A stretch of DNA of 63,201 nt, filler included, from 9 parts of 9 records of this genome joined end to end with filler, not necessarily neighbours in it, one strand, 5' to 3'. Shown: positions 1-12,778, counted from the whole stretch's first letter. Numbers and translations: made by a program. The notes: generated from the sequence alone by a model not told the origin.

Positions 1-966
1 GTGAGGATCACGGCCATGGCCACGGCAACAGAGATGGACCAGATTCAGGGCACGGGCATGGGTCGGCGAGTGGGTGCGGGACTGGAGCTAGTGCAGGGTA
101 CGAACGGGTGAAGGATCACGAGATAGACATGCCCATCATGGTGGACGTGGACGCCACAAACGTAAATATCTGGCAGCTGTATCTGCACCTGGTGAGCCGC
201 AGGCCAACGTGTGAGCCAATCCCGTGGACAGGTTGGCGATGTGCTGGGAGCGCTGCTCATTGTGGTTGAGGGGTTGATTGTCTACTTTGACGACGCGTAT
301 TGGACCGAGTAAAGCCATTTGGTGCCCTTACGACTGAGTGTCTCTGTACCGCAGTTTTGTCGACCCTGCCTTCTCTCTGATCATTGTGATTATCATTTTG
401 GCTACTACAATCCCGGTGGTCCGGAAGACCATCGACACGCTGTTCCAGGCACCGGCTCGGGCAGACTGGCTTATCGGGTGCAGACGGTGCCGGATGAGAT
501 TGACCTCGGGGTGCTCGAGTCCGAGCTGCGCGCTGTGGAAGGGGTGCTGGGATTGCATGAGCTCCACGTGTGGCGGCTGGTGAATGAAGTCGTGATCGGA
601 ACTGCGCATGTCGTGACCAGCACCCAGGTGCCAACCACTGCCAGCGCTACTATGTTCGGCTTGAAGTGTGCCCTTGGCCATTCGTGCTGGCAGCTTGAAC
701 CTGATGCTGATGAATGGCAGGGTTACGAATCGATGGCTCTTCTTGAGGCAATCAAAAGTAAGTTCCATCGGTACGGCATACACTCAATCACCATACAGGC
801 AGCCGCTTGCTTGTGTGCATGTTCTCACAGCTGCATTGCACAGTTTGAATATCATGATTCTGAAGAGTTTGAATATCACAAGACCAAAAAGCGCGGATCA
901 AAGAACATAGATCTATGCCTAGCCCCGTGCATCCCGGGCTGTGAGGCCACCCGCTGCTGCGACTAA
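1..966 (+). CDS. Cation diffusion facilitator / SLC30 (ZnT-like) zinc transporter, 5' partial, spliced
   Basis: His-rich loop (HGHGHG), then NVNIWQLYLHL/VGDVLGAL, FVDPAFSL, LHELHVWRL, and FHRYGIHSITIQ/FE after removing short introns (e.g. GC-AG at 449-483 and 799-843). Confidence 0.9.
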
Positions 967-1274
967 GCTGCCCTGCATCTGGAGCACGAACTAGCCCCGG
1001 TCCGTGCACGTCTATACGGGTGCCATGACAAGTGCTAAGTCGATGCACTAGCTAATGCACCGTGACTAGCACTGAGATTGGTCTATAGCGGTGGGATAGA
1101 ACTTTAGAAAACATACGGAGTGAGTAGAGTATGTAGAGTGCGAGACCTATCATTTCTGGGCAACTACATAGGTAACACATAGGACCGTAGGGCGTTCCCG
1201 AGGGTTAAAAAAGAAAATTACAGTTAGGTAACAAAGAATTCTCGCTTTATTATACTTCTTGGACAAAACACAGC

Positions 1275-3358
1275 TCATGGCAGATTCAAAATTTTGGCTA
1301 TGTCCTTCCTTGTATGATGGTACTCATACATAGCCTTCGTTGGCTTCTCCGGACCCCCATGGGCTGGCTTACTATCATGAGTTATTTGTTGCTCCTGCCG
1401 CACTTCTACGTCTGCTTTCCTCATCATCTGAAAATGCTTTTCAGCTTCTTTTGCCTCCTGAGCAGCCACAAGAGCAGCGTTCTGCTGTGTCTGAGCATTG
1501 ACTGCAGACTTCAGGGCTGCAGCCTTCGCCTCTTCCCGTTTTCTCTCAATATTGGATGCATTTTGCTGTACATTGTCTTCAAGGGAAGCAGGAGCTGCTG
1601 CTAATAATTCTGTGATTGACTTTGAGGCTTCTCCAAAGATTTGATCAGCTCGCGTGAGGATTGGATCTAGAATGTCTCTATACTGCACACCATTTTTGTA
1701 TTCTAATTGCACTGCTCGCAGGGTGTTGAATGCATTGATGGACCTTTGGTTTCTCTTCTTCTGATTTGCAAGCGTGGAGCGGAGAAGCTCGGTACAGCTC
1801 TTTGCACATTTAAGCTTATAGTTTGGTGCCTTGCACCTTTGAGGATCCTGCTTTACCCATGCGGTACAGCGTTTGGCTCCCCAGTCATCTTGCAGGAAAA
1901 GGCCTTCCTTTTGTAACTGAACATCAGATGCATTCCATGGCTTCAACATAGTCGAGGCGTTTAATGTCGCATTGCGGGAATTAGCCGGAATGATCAAACC
2001 CACATTGTCTGCCTTCTCTTCAACAGAACTGATCTCGGCATTGTGGTCCATTTTGACCATAGTATCCACTCTGTTTATGATAGCGCCACTCATTGACATC
2101 ATCGCCTCCTGCAACAGATGACACATGGAGGCGATCCTTGTCTGGACTGTCGTGGCATTGACTACTTTCACCCTGTGGAGCTTCAGTTTGGTGAGCTGCT
2201 CCTGTACCGCAGCCTTTGATTTCTTCTCATTGACTGCAGACAAAACCTTCTGCTCTTGACTCGCCTTTCTCGCAGCTTTGGCAGCTGACTCTGACTTCTT
2301 TAGCTTGCCCATGTTAGCGAGGACACCAGCTGCACGGTCGTGCACTGTTTTACTGGCTGCCTTTGCCGCAGAATACTTTTGCTCTACGTTCTCCCTTGTT
2401 GCAGGAATTTTGGACTGCCCCTCACGCACCATAGAACACGTCTTGGCACAGTTGAACTGATAATTGGCAGCTTTGCATCGATTGGGGTTGCTTTTTATCC
2501 AAGCAGAGCACTTTGCTTCGCCCCATTGATCATGCTTTGCAACCGTAGGATATTTCTGGGTATCAACCAGCTGAGCGATTGGTTCCTTTGGAACTTTTGC
2601 CTGGTTCAGTCCATCCAACTTGGCCTTTGCCACATCTCGTTTGACCTCGGAGCGTTCCGCGCTCGTCCTAGCTCGGGACACGACTCGATTAGCAACAGTC
2701 ACCTTCGATTCGGCCCGCCCCTCCACTTTCTTAGCCTTGTTCCACACGGCGGTCTTTTTAGCATCCACGCCCTTCGCTTGGCGAGCCTTGGCTTCCAGCT
2801 GCCGCAGACCTTGCTCGAGCGCCTGACCTTCCACAATCGCCTTCTGCTCCGCCGCCACTGCCTTGAGATGCTCATCTCGTAACTTGACGATTAGCACGTG
2901 CTTGAGCCCTGCCTCCCCGGCCTCGCGCATCGTATGCTCCGACTCCCGCTTCACGTGTTTCAATGTCTCCGCCGCAGTCTCAGCCACTGCGTCCAGATTC
3001 TTCCGCTCAGCCTCCAGCCGCTTGGCCGCAGCCGCCTTGGCCGCCCGTTTGGCTTGGACCGCACCCTTCCGGGCTTGACGCGCCAGCTTGGCCGCCCGGC
3101 GTTGGCTCTTGACCGCCGCTTCGTGCGCGTGGCGCGCATCCCGGCCTGCCCCGCCCGTATCGGCCCAGCCCACTGGCAAAGCTACCGGCGAGCACGGCTT
3201 GGACGCTGCTCCGGGTCTCCCCGGGCGCGAGCTCGACGGCGGCGGGGGCGGACTCGGCTGTTGAGGGGGTGAGCGGGGCGTGACAGGGGCGGACCTGATG
3301 CCGCGCACAGCCAGACCAGCCAGGCAGCCGCCGGCAGCCAGATCAACCGGGGTGCCAT
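1275..3358 (-). CDS. Secreted coiled-coil protein with two ShKT-like Cys motifs
   Basis: ATG at 3358 gives the signal-peptide-like MAPRLIWLPAAAWLVWLCAAS. Introns 3258-3294 and 3146-3185 join it to the 696-aa ORF. Two motifs, DQWGEAKCSAWIKSNPNRCKAANYQFNCAKTC and DDWGAKRCTAWVKQDPQRCKAPNYKLKCAKSC, sit in an Ala/Lys/Glu-rich helical sequence. Confidence 0.7.
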
Positions 3359-3847
3359 CTTTCAATCAGGCGGCTATCTCCATACCTCCACCAAAAATGC
3401 GACCGGTAAAAATAAAATAAAATAATAAAATAATAAAGGAGGCCGGAAGCGCACGGCGCTCCCTGTGCAGAACGTGCAGAAGAGCTGTTGGCGGGCGCGC
3501 GCGGCAAGCTTGATCCTGCCCGGTCCGCCACCACCGCTGCTCTCGGCCGAGGCGATCGCCATGCCCGGGCCGGGGGGCAGCATCTAGCCGCACCTAAGCC
3601 GCACCTCGCGATGGCCTAGGTGACGTAGGTGAGCGCGATGGCGATCGTGTTTGAGGCCGGCCCTCATAATTTAAGTCTTAAAATTAAGCTTCTAAAAATT
3701 GGAAGATTGAGCTGTGAATACCGGAACTCAGGCCTTAAGGGATACGAGTACACTGTGTCATGAGTGTATATTCAGTGTTAATCGCAGATTTTAAAAGGAT
3801 GGTGCCGCATAGGGAGAGGATAAGAAATCTTGAGCACCAAAAGCACG

Positions 3848-6230
3848 CTAAAACCTCGCGGTATTTGGCGTGGTGATGGACGGGATCGTACACGTACGAG
3901 AAAATCGCAACAGGCTGGGCTTCGAATTCTGAAAGATGCGGGAACGCCTACTCTTGGACATGGCCGGCGGTGTAGGCCTCTCCGTTTTCTTGGAGGTATA
4001 CTTCATCGGACCTGCAATCCACCTCTCTCGATTCTTCTCCATCTCCACCGCCCGTATATCATACTCTGTCACGTAGGGGTCCGGGATCAGATCCGGTTCA
4101 TCCTGGTCCAAATCAGAGCAGCAACAAGGGCCATGCGCACCTCACGCTCCGGCGAGCCACTCGAGGTGAACTTGAAAGGTCCAGCTAGCCACTTATTCTC
4201 ATCGACAGAGTGGGAAATCTGGCCTGATTGCTTGAAAGGACACGGGAAGAGAGTGATGTAGAAGTCCGGGGGTGGGGTCTTGGTCCGCATCTGCTCAAAC
4301 TTGCGATAGTTTGAAGGAATCTGGCGGCTCTGTATTGAACGAGCTTGTTGGCTGCTCTGATCCCGAAATGCTAGTGCCTTCCGTGGGCTAGGCTCGGATA
4401 AAAGCGTCTTGGACGGCGCGTGCGCATACCGCCGGTTTGCGCGGTTGTGGATGAGCTCTTTCTTGGAGCTCTGCATCCGATCCTTGATCACGCTTCGGGT
4501 CTCACGCAGGCAGCGCGGCCCATACGAGTGCAAGGCGTTGGCTGCACGCGGCTTGATCACCGCCATTGCCTCAGGCTCCTCACGGTCGAGCTCGGATCGC
4601 CCGTTGATGAGGTCGAGCAGGTGGTTATCGCCTGATGTGCACATAAACTCGAGCAGGTGCTGCTTGCCCTCGGCGGCGTCGCTGAACTGTTGCATCTTCC
4701 AGGAGAGCAGGTTGCCCAGCAACTGGCCCTGTCCGGCCAGTCAGCCTCCGAATCCAGGTGGGAGACCGTTTGCGGGTAGAAGACCGAAAGTGGGAAGATG
4801 GAGCAGTAAACCCGCTCTGCATAGCGCATCAGGGCCGGGCCGGACTCGCACGTCGCCAGTGTGGTGACCACCTGCCCACACCACTCGGCCGGCCAGCACT
4901 AGCTGGCGGTACTTCATTTCCATGCAGCTCTGAGATAATCCAGTTCCGCTGGTCCGGACTCACATGGAACCGGTTGGGCAGCCCACGCAGCATGCGATGG
5001 CTCATCTGATGCCGCACCAATCCGACGGCCAGCCCGACCGTCCGCGGGTCTGGCTCAGCGTGCAGCCTCTTCTCGAGTGCAGTCCCGACCAGATTGGCCT
5101 TAGGAACCAAACCTACCCATGCCGACGGCTTCCACCTCCTCTCCTGTGGCCTCCAGTGCACTGCTCGCCCGGTTTGGTCGTCGCGACAAAGCACGTGAGT
5201 TAGTCCGCACACTGCCCCGATGCTGTCCATCTCGTCCAGTGTCCGTTGGACTGGGGTGACCTGAGCGAGCTCTCAGGTCCAAGGGCTCGCGACTCTATGC
5301 AGCACCTCCAAGAGCTTTGACACACCTTGGCCGTGCCAATGCCGCCGGTGGCAGCAGCCCAGACTGTGCACCATCTGGGCCACCACGGCTGTGCCAAAGA
5401 GCACAGGCGCGTCATCCCCAGCCCAGCCCTCAGTGTACATTACCTGCCTCCCCTGAGCGGCCCAACCAGGCCAGAGCAGCCACCTGCCACACTAGATGGG
5501 CCAAATCTGCAGCCCTGAGTTCCCAGGGCATGATGTTCACGTCCCCATCTACAATAATAGCGTCCCATGACAGGAATGCTTTCATAGAGAGCACCTGCAC
5601 CCGAATCACGCTCCGCTGCACGTGCAGCCATCCGACCGCAGCTGTGTCAGTCTTGTCCTCCGGGGGCAGCATGTAGATCCACGGGGGCTTGCTCAGCATC
5701 TGGAGGAACTCCTCAAAATTGAGAGAGCCTGTGCCACCGGATCGGCCGCCCGTAGCTCACGCGGCTACCGTCGCCATCGGCGTCGAACTCTTGGAGCAGC
5801 TTTCGGGCCTCCCATTCGATCTTGATCACGCGCTCGGGCGGGACCTCCGAGCCCAGAAACCGGAGCAGCTTGAGCAGCAACGGCACCAGCTCCTCCCTGT
5901 CGATCTCGCCTGCGGCCAAGCTCCCGACCCCGCCCCCCGCCGAGCGCACCGCCGCCGTCCGGGTCGAACTCGCTGAAAAGCTCCTGTGCGATGCACACCG
6001 CCTTCTCGCTCAGCGTGTGCCCGTGCGACGCCTGCCCAGGCTGGCCGGTGGCCCGAGGCCGGGGCCGCCTGGGAGTAGATGAATGGCCCGAGCTGGTCCA
6101 TCCGCCGGACCTCCAGGTTGTGCGGCCCACGGCAGCGGCCCATCGCCCGGCGGACCGCGGCGAGCGAGGCCTCAAAGTGCGCCCGGCCCGAGTTGTCCAG
6201 CCCGTACGCGTCTATCATCAGCAGCTTCAT
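3848..6230 (-). CDS. Multi-exon protein with an EF-hand pair inserted in a class I glutamine amidotransferase-like (probably inactive) domain
   Basis: Starts MKLLMIDAY. EF loops FDPDGG/GEIDREEL and FDADGDG..SLNFEEFL. DAIIVDGDVNIMPW and PVLFGTAVVAQMV resemble GATase motifs but lack the catalytic Cys. Internal exon structure only partly resolved. Confidence 0.55.
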
Positions 6231-6398
6231 CGCCGCCGCCGGCTCCCGGCCGGCAGTGCCCTCTGCAGCTGCTATTCCGGCTCCTGCAGTGATTGACTGC
6301 GGCTTGTTGGGGCAACCTGCCATCTGCTGCCGGGGTGCCCCAAGCAGCTGAGGGCTCGCCGCCGGTGAGTTGGTGCCCCGGGCGGGCGAGCGGGTTGG

Positions 6399-7805
6399 AT
6401 GGAGCTGGACCGGCCGGCCGAGCCGCACCGCGGGGCCGGGCTGATCGACTTTCTGCACGAGGTGCCCCGCGCCCGGCGGCCCGCCAGCCCCCTGGGCCAG
6501 GGAGACGGTAAGTATGACGACGAAGACGAAGACGAAGAGGACACCTACAGCGACAGTAGTCCGCGCGAGAATACTCCGCTCTCGCCCCGGGGAGCCAAGG
6601 CAACCGAAGCCGCGGCCGGTGATCCCCGCTGGCGACTGGTCAGCTGATTTGGCGGGTTGCTGGCAGTGAGGGCAGTGCGCGGGCTGAACAACGGTCACAG
6701 CGACATGAGCAGCGAACCAAATCCTTTGTGGAAGCAACCTGATCAGAAGGAGGAGGTGAAAGCTTTGGATCCGATCAAATCTCTCAGTGTTGCCCGCGTA
6801 GGCACCAGAAGAGAAGCAGGAGCAGGAGCCGGAGCAAGAGCTGCCAAAGGGTAAAGATGGGAAGCCAATGTCTCAGATCGATGCACTGATCCACCGTGAA
6901 AAGGAAGCCAGGGCCAGACTCCGCCGAAAGGAACGGTATACTGTCGCCTACAAAAATCGTGCTAGTGGTGGTGGGACAGGGCAGCAGAAGCAACCTTAGA
7001 GCTCGAGCGGGAAAAGGAGCAGAAAGAATTTGGTACAGCCAAGTCCAAGAACTTCCAGAGATTGCGCTCAGGACAGCAGCAACGTTCTATGCGAGTGAGG
7101 CAGCAGCTGGTTAATCCTGCTCATGTTTGGTCGCCAGATGTTCTGTACGGCTGTGTTTGGGGTTCTGGTCATGTTAGTTCAGCTTCAAGTTGCTTGGAAT
7201 GGAATTGAGCTCGAAGAGAATGCGCTCGAAACGGTTATGTCCTACTAGCTCCAACTGCGCTGGTAGTCATGAGAACTGACCGAGTATGCACCAGGGTCTC
7301 AAGTGGCTCATAACAATCTCAACTGTTGTGCTTGAGGTGATGCTGTGGGATTATTATAATTACGAGCTCAGTTGTCAATCAAAGGAAATGAATTTCAGAA
7401 GGTTGCCCCCCGTAGCGAACCTGCCGAGGTGACCTAATCACATTGGCAGCGATGCTGTGAAGCTGCACAAATCACCTGGGTTCAAGTGGTACCTGCTAGA
7501 GTCTTTTGTACTTGCTTTGCACACCCCACCGTATATCGCGAGGACGGGCATAATCACCGACAAGTGGGGCATGCTGATGTTTTGTCGTTGCTACTTGTTT
7601 CTGCGCATCTTGCGGGACATGAACCCAGTCTATCAGCGGCAGCCAGAATATCAGAAGCACGATGTAAATAAGGCAAGCACGCCAGTATAGTGCAAGAGCA
7701 TTGTCATGCTTATCTGTTGCCAGGTCTATCAGTTTGAGTTCACAGCGCTGTACTTTTTTAAGTTTCAGGTGCTCTTGTAATAACTGCTCCTGATTTCCCA
7801 ATGTT
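6399..7805 (+). CDS. Probable SK/KCNN-like potassium channel, 3' truncated by contig end
   Basis: Hydrophobic exons, and WYLLESFVLALHTPP...WGMLMFCRCYLFLRILRD resembles S3-S4 of small-conductance Ca-activated K+ channels. The pore is not in the window. Confidence 0.5.
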
Positions 7806-7905
7806 NNNNNNNNNNNNNNNNNNNNNNNNNNNNNNNNNNNNNNNNNNNNTTAATTAATTAANNNNNNNNNNNNNNNNNNNNNNNNNNNNNNNNNNNNNNN
7901 NNNNN
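7806..7905. other. Artificial contig-joining spacer
   Basis: N44-TTAATTAATTAA-N44, with stops in all six frames. Confidence 0.98.
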
Positions 7906-8377
7906 GGAGGACGACGAGGAGGACGACGAGGAGGAGGTCAAGCCGAGTAAGAGCACCAAGCAGAAGGCGGCTGTCCCTAGGATGTTTGCTGGTGAGGAGG
8001 AGGATGAGGAGGACGACGAGGAGGAGGACGAGGAGGACGACGAAGAGGAGGACGAGGAGGAAGAGCCTGAGCCAGCCCCCACCAGAGGCAAGAAGCGCGG
8101 AGCAGCCGCGCCCGCTGCCAAGCCCGCAAAGAAGCAGGCGGTCGCTTCGCCCAAAACTACGCCCAAATCGTCTCCCAAAGTTAGCGCCAAGACACCGAGT
8201 GGCCCAGACGGGTTCGAGAAGGACCTGAAGAAGTTTCTAAACGACAATGGCCCAACTAACCTAGCCAGGCTCGGGTCTGCAGTCAAGAAGCCGGCGGGGA
8301 CGCCAAAACTCAAGCAGTTTATTAAGGACAGACCCGGGGTGTTCAAGCTGAGCGGCGATGTTCTGTCGCTCAAGTGA
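7906..8377 (+). CDS. C-terminal part of an acidic/Lys-rich nucleolar-type protein with a small terminal winged-helix-like domain
   Basis: Long D/E tracts, basic KKRG/PAKK segments, ending FEKDLKKFLNDNGPTNLARLGSAVKKP...LKQFIKDRPGVFKL. 5' truncated. Confidence 0.6.
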
Positions 8378-8705
8378 GCTGGGTGGGTGTGGCAGTTGGA
8401 TGTCGGTGCAAGTAAGCCAGTCTAATCAGTCTAGTGAGCGGCTTTGGGCTCTGACTTGTTCGCCAGATTGAATCCTGCTACTGTAAGATTTCGTATACGG
8501 TGAACGCTTTGATCGGTCGATAGTGATCCGTTATAACCTACATTTTAACCCGTAAAGTCTAGTGATCAATCAGCGGTTGTAACACGTGCATACTCGTAGT
8601 ACGTAAGTCATCAGTACAATTCAGTTCATGTATTGTATTGTACTGACCACCAGCTTTGTGCTGCGCTATCAATCCCACCGATCGTAGCCTTATTAGCCGC
8701 TGGCG

Positions 8706-9583
8706 CTACGCCTTGTGCTTTGGGCTCGCGGCGTCCAGCGCCTGGTTCTCCAGGTCTGCAAGGAGCACAGTTAATCGCAAATCATTGTAAAATCATTGTA
8801 AAATCAGTGTGCAGCTATCATCCATCGACAGCCAAGACCACAGCAAGACCCAGCCAGGACGACGCCTGAACCAGGAGCTGGACAACCGACACTACGAGCC
8901 AGCGCCTCCACATGCAAGTACAGCGGCTCACCTAACGAATCGAAGAGCCTATCGCTGGCACTCTGCAGCTTGCCCTTTGTCGCCTTCAGCAGCGCCTGCA
9001 ACTCACCCCTTCAGCAGGGCGCCGGGCACCACGGCACCTGAGCGTCAGCGATAAGATTGGCCAGCTCCTCTTCCGCCGCGCTGTGTTCAGCAGTAGCCTG
9101 GTCAACTTCACCTTGTGCCTGTACCTCGGTCAGCCTCTCGCCCGGCTACTACTGGGGACCAGAGCCAGCAGCTCCTGCTTCTCCTCCTTCTTCAGCCGGG
9201 CCTGGCGCACCTTGGCCTTGGCGTCCTGCGGCCGCCGATCAGCGGCTCGTTCGAGACACACTAAACCTTCACACGGCCAGCGCTCGAGACTGCTAGCGCC
9301 GCCGCCGCCATCGCCTGCCACCGGGTCAGCGCCGCGGCTGGGGAGGGCGGCGGCCTCTGTCGACAGCGCGTCCGCCCCCTCCGAGGCCTCCGTGGCCGCG
9401 AGCTCGGCGTCCTCGACTTCCTGCGACTCGTCTGAGCACCGGGCGCGGCGGCGGTGCCGACGGTGCGAGCTAGCACACGCAGGTTGGGCTAGTGCGCTGT
9501 GGCAAGGGGGGGCGGCAGGGACCTCAGCTGGGGCCTGCGTCCCGAGGGGTGAGCGGGCCTGGCGGGCGGATCACCTGGGACAT
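8706..9583 (-). CDS. Short Ala/Glu/Lys-rich coiled-coil protein, related to the adjacent gene
   Basis: Spliced reading gives ...AQALLKATKGKLQSASDRLFDSL/DLENQALDAASPKHKA*. Start uncertain. Confidence 0.55.
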
Positions 9584-9978
9584 CACGCCTCTGTGGTTGG
9601 ACAATCCCGCCGGCTGCCACTGCCAGTTGGACAATAATCGCCAATCAGGGGCTGCGCGGGTCACTCTGTCTGCAGGCTGAGCACTTGCTGCTTGAGCTGT
9701 TGCCTTTACCACAAAGCAATTCGAGCTCAAGACGCTTGAGGATAGTGCGCACCCGACGTTCGGTGAAGTGCGTTTTGTCCAAGCTACGATTCGGTGGATA
9801 TTCAATTACTTTTATTCTGTCAGACAATCCAGTGTCAGAATAAAAGTAAACGTGTTCTCATCTTCTGCACGGTCCTCACAGAGCTGCAAACGATACATGC
9901 AACCACCGGTAGGATCGCGTAAATATAGTTCGTGCACACTCAGACCTATCTCCGAGCTTGTGTCCGTGTCTCCTCAGC

Positions 9979-11838
9979 CTAAAGCCCTGTCGGAAGTTCC
10001 GCCTCAATTTTCTCCCTAAAAATCAGCCGTCAGCCACCCGCTAGCTAGTGAAGGCTCACGTGGCTTTCTGCACTTTAGCCTTGGCCTTTGAGATCTTAGC
10101 CATCGCCTCCTGAGCCGCCTTCTCTGCCGCCGCGTCCCTCGCCTGGACCTGGCAAACCGCGGATTAATAATTAATTCAAGGCCAGCAGTTGAGATCATCG
10201 CAACAGGCTCAAATCTCACCTTGCCCTTCAGGTCTGCATCGGCCTCCTTGGCCTCCTCTTCCTTCTTCTTGGCCTTCTCAGCCTCCTCAGTGGCCTTCTG
10301 TGCCGCCTGGTCCGCATCGGTCTTATCAGCCTTGGCACTCGTCAGAGCGCTCTTGGCGTCAGCCTCGGCGCTGTCTGCAGCGTCGCGCTCCTTGGCCGCA
10401 TCTTGAGCCGCCTCCTTCGTCTTCTCAGCAGTCTCCTCGGCCTTCTTCGCCTCCTCCAGCGCACCGTGCTCTTTGTCAATGGCGTCATGCAGCTTGTCGG
10501 TAGCGTCTAGCAACTTCGATTTAGTCTCCTTGAGCAGGCTCTGGGCGTCCTCGATTGACGTGCCGGACGGGATGTCGGTCTTCGAGGCATCCTGAACCGC
10601 CTGCTCGGCCTTTTTACGCGCTGAGGTGAGGCGGGCCGACTTCTCCTGCCATGATGACGCCTCCTTGTCGGCCTCCTTCTTGGCCTTCTCGGCCTCAATC
10701 GCCACCTTCTTCTTGGCCAGCGCCTCATCGGCCGCCTTCTTCTCGGCAGAGGCCTTGGCTGCCAGTTTGTCAGCTGCCAGCTTCATCTCACGAGCCTTCT
10801 TCCGCTCATTCTTCGCCATATCCGCCTTCATCTCAGCAGCCTTCTCGACGGCCTTCGCCGCAGCGTGCTCCTCCTTGGCCAGCTGCTTGGCCTCCTCATG
10901 CGCGGCCTTCTGAGCTGCGTTCAGGTTGGAAACGTCGACGCTCTCGAGCGCTGAGAGTTTCTCAGCCTCCTGCGCCACCTTCATCGCGGCCATTGCAGAC
11001 TTGAGAGCGGTCTTGGCGGCCTTCTTGGCGGTCTTGGCTGCGGCCTTGGTGGCCTTGGCCTGTCACGCGCACAGTTACACTGGCCGCTGGCTGGGTGTGA
11101 ACCTTGGCTTCCTCGGCCTTCACCTTCTCCTTGGTGGCCTCGGCAGCCTTCTTGGCCTCCACCGAGTTTTCGAGCTGCTTAGCCTTGTCCTCGGCGTCGG
11201 CCTTGGCAGCCGCGGCCTTGTCCTTGGCCTCCTTCTTCTTCTGGGTGGCCTCCTTCAGCTGGGTGTTGACTTCAGCAAGCTTGGAGTCGGCGTCTGAGGC
11301 TTCCTGCACCCCAAACCAAATCATGCTTCGAGCTCCTCCATCGCCGGGCGGAGACCTGCCCGTAGTCTTTCTTCTTCTGCCGCAGCTTGGCAAGCTCCTC
11401 CTTGGCGGCCCGGTGGGCCTGCCCAGACCAAGGTAACCACCCGCCTAACAAAGCGTCTCTGAGCGCACCGCGTTGGCCTCCTTGGCAGCAGCCTGCGTCT
11501 TGGCGAGCTCGTCATCGGCGTCTGACTTGAGCGCGGCCTTCTCTTCGACCTTGGCCTTGGCATCCTGCCACCATCCTCAGCGCGCTGAACCCGCACGGCT
11601 CATAACCTCGACTTGCTTCGCGAACGATTTGGCAGCGGCCGCAGCGGCCTCGGCCTGCCACCCACCCGGCTCAATCTCTGCGCATGCCGTTTCGAACAAG
11701 CCGCGAGCGGCCTCGCCAGAGGAGCCGTCCTCACCAGCCAGGGCAAAGACACACCTTGCTGGATAGATCGCTGGCCTCCTTCTTGGCCTGCGACGCAGCT
11801 TCGGCGGCATCCTTCTTGTCGTTCTCGCTCTCCTCAAC
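9979..11838 (-). CDS. Long Ala/Lys/Glu-rich coiled-coil protein, 5' truncated
   Basis: Repetitive EKAK/AAEE helical ORFs joined by short introns. The spliced end reads ...KVQKAT/EKIEAELPTGL* (TAG at 9979-9981). Confidence 0.7.
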
Positions 11839-11938
11839 NNNNNNNNNNNNNNNNNNNNNNNNNNNNNNNNNNNNNNNNNNNNTTAATTAATTAANNNNNN
11901 NNNNNNNNNNNNNNNNNNNNNNNNNNNNNNNNNNNNNN
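11839..11938. other. Artificial contig-joining spacer
   Basis: N44-TTAATTAATTAA-N44. Confidence 0.98.
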
Positions 11939-12016
11939 CATCCCCACGGGGATTTCAGTAAAAACCCCGGACTCAGCACACAGCAACGGACGCGGCGCAA
12001 GGTCAGGGTCAGGGGG

Positions 12017-12778
12017 ATGACCACCTCGATCCACACCGGGTGGGGGGTGGACGAGACAATCCTCTCCGAGACCGAGCGGCTGGTGGCCATCCGGTTCGGC
12101 CGGGCCGGGTGCCCTCGCCCGCCCGGCTGGGTTAGGGTATAGCCTCCGCACTGCGGCCAGGGTGTAGCCCGATACTGGAGGTCTGACAGCTCCAGATCGG
12201 CTCAGGGAGTCGGCCTGGCGGTGTTGCAGCCCCAGCGGCCGGCCGCCTAGCTAGAATCACCAACCCAACCTCGCGGGGTCCTGCTGGGGCCGCTCACCAG
12301 GGGGGGCAGCGACCCGACCTGCCGACAGACCGACGAGACGCTGATCGCCATCGCCAATGAGGTGTCGGCCCACTGCAGCATCCACATGGTGCGGGCGGGG
12401 GAGGTGCGGGCGGGAGCGGGGGCAGGTGGACGTGCACGAGGTGAGCGACTTCAACGCGAAGTATGAGCTCTACGATCCGTGCACAGTCATGTTCTTCTAC
12501 CGGAATAAAGTGATTTGTATGGACTTCGGGTTCGGAGCCACCTCGTGCATCAACTGGGCGCTCAAAGACTGCCAGGTCCGCCCAGCCCTCCCGCCCCTGG
12601 CCCAGCCCCGCGCAGTGGGCCGTCAACACGATCGCGGCGCTGTTCGGAGCAGCCAAGAAGGGCCGGACCACGGTGGGCTGCCGTTGGGATTCCGTTGAGC
12701 CCCGGGCAGCTGCAGGTGGCCCGAGAGCCAGTCCCGGCCGACAAGACAGAGCAGAGAGATAATAAGACAGAGAGCTGA
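12017..12778 (+). CDS. DIM1/TXNL4-family thioredoxin-like spliceosomal protein (divergent)
   Basis: MTTSIHTGWGVDETILSETERLVAIRFGRAG/DPTCRQTDE...VDVHEVSDFNAKYELYDPCTVMFFYRNK...INWA matches the Dim1 signature. Four introns, the first at 12109-12309. Confidence 0.88.

Noticed and set aside
3540-3650. Imperfect inverted and direct repeats (cgatcgccat/atggcgatcg, agccgcacct twice) as a MITE
   Set aside because: The arms are short, there is no target-site duplication, and no second copy occurs in the window.
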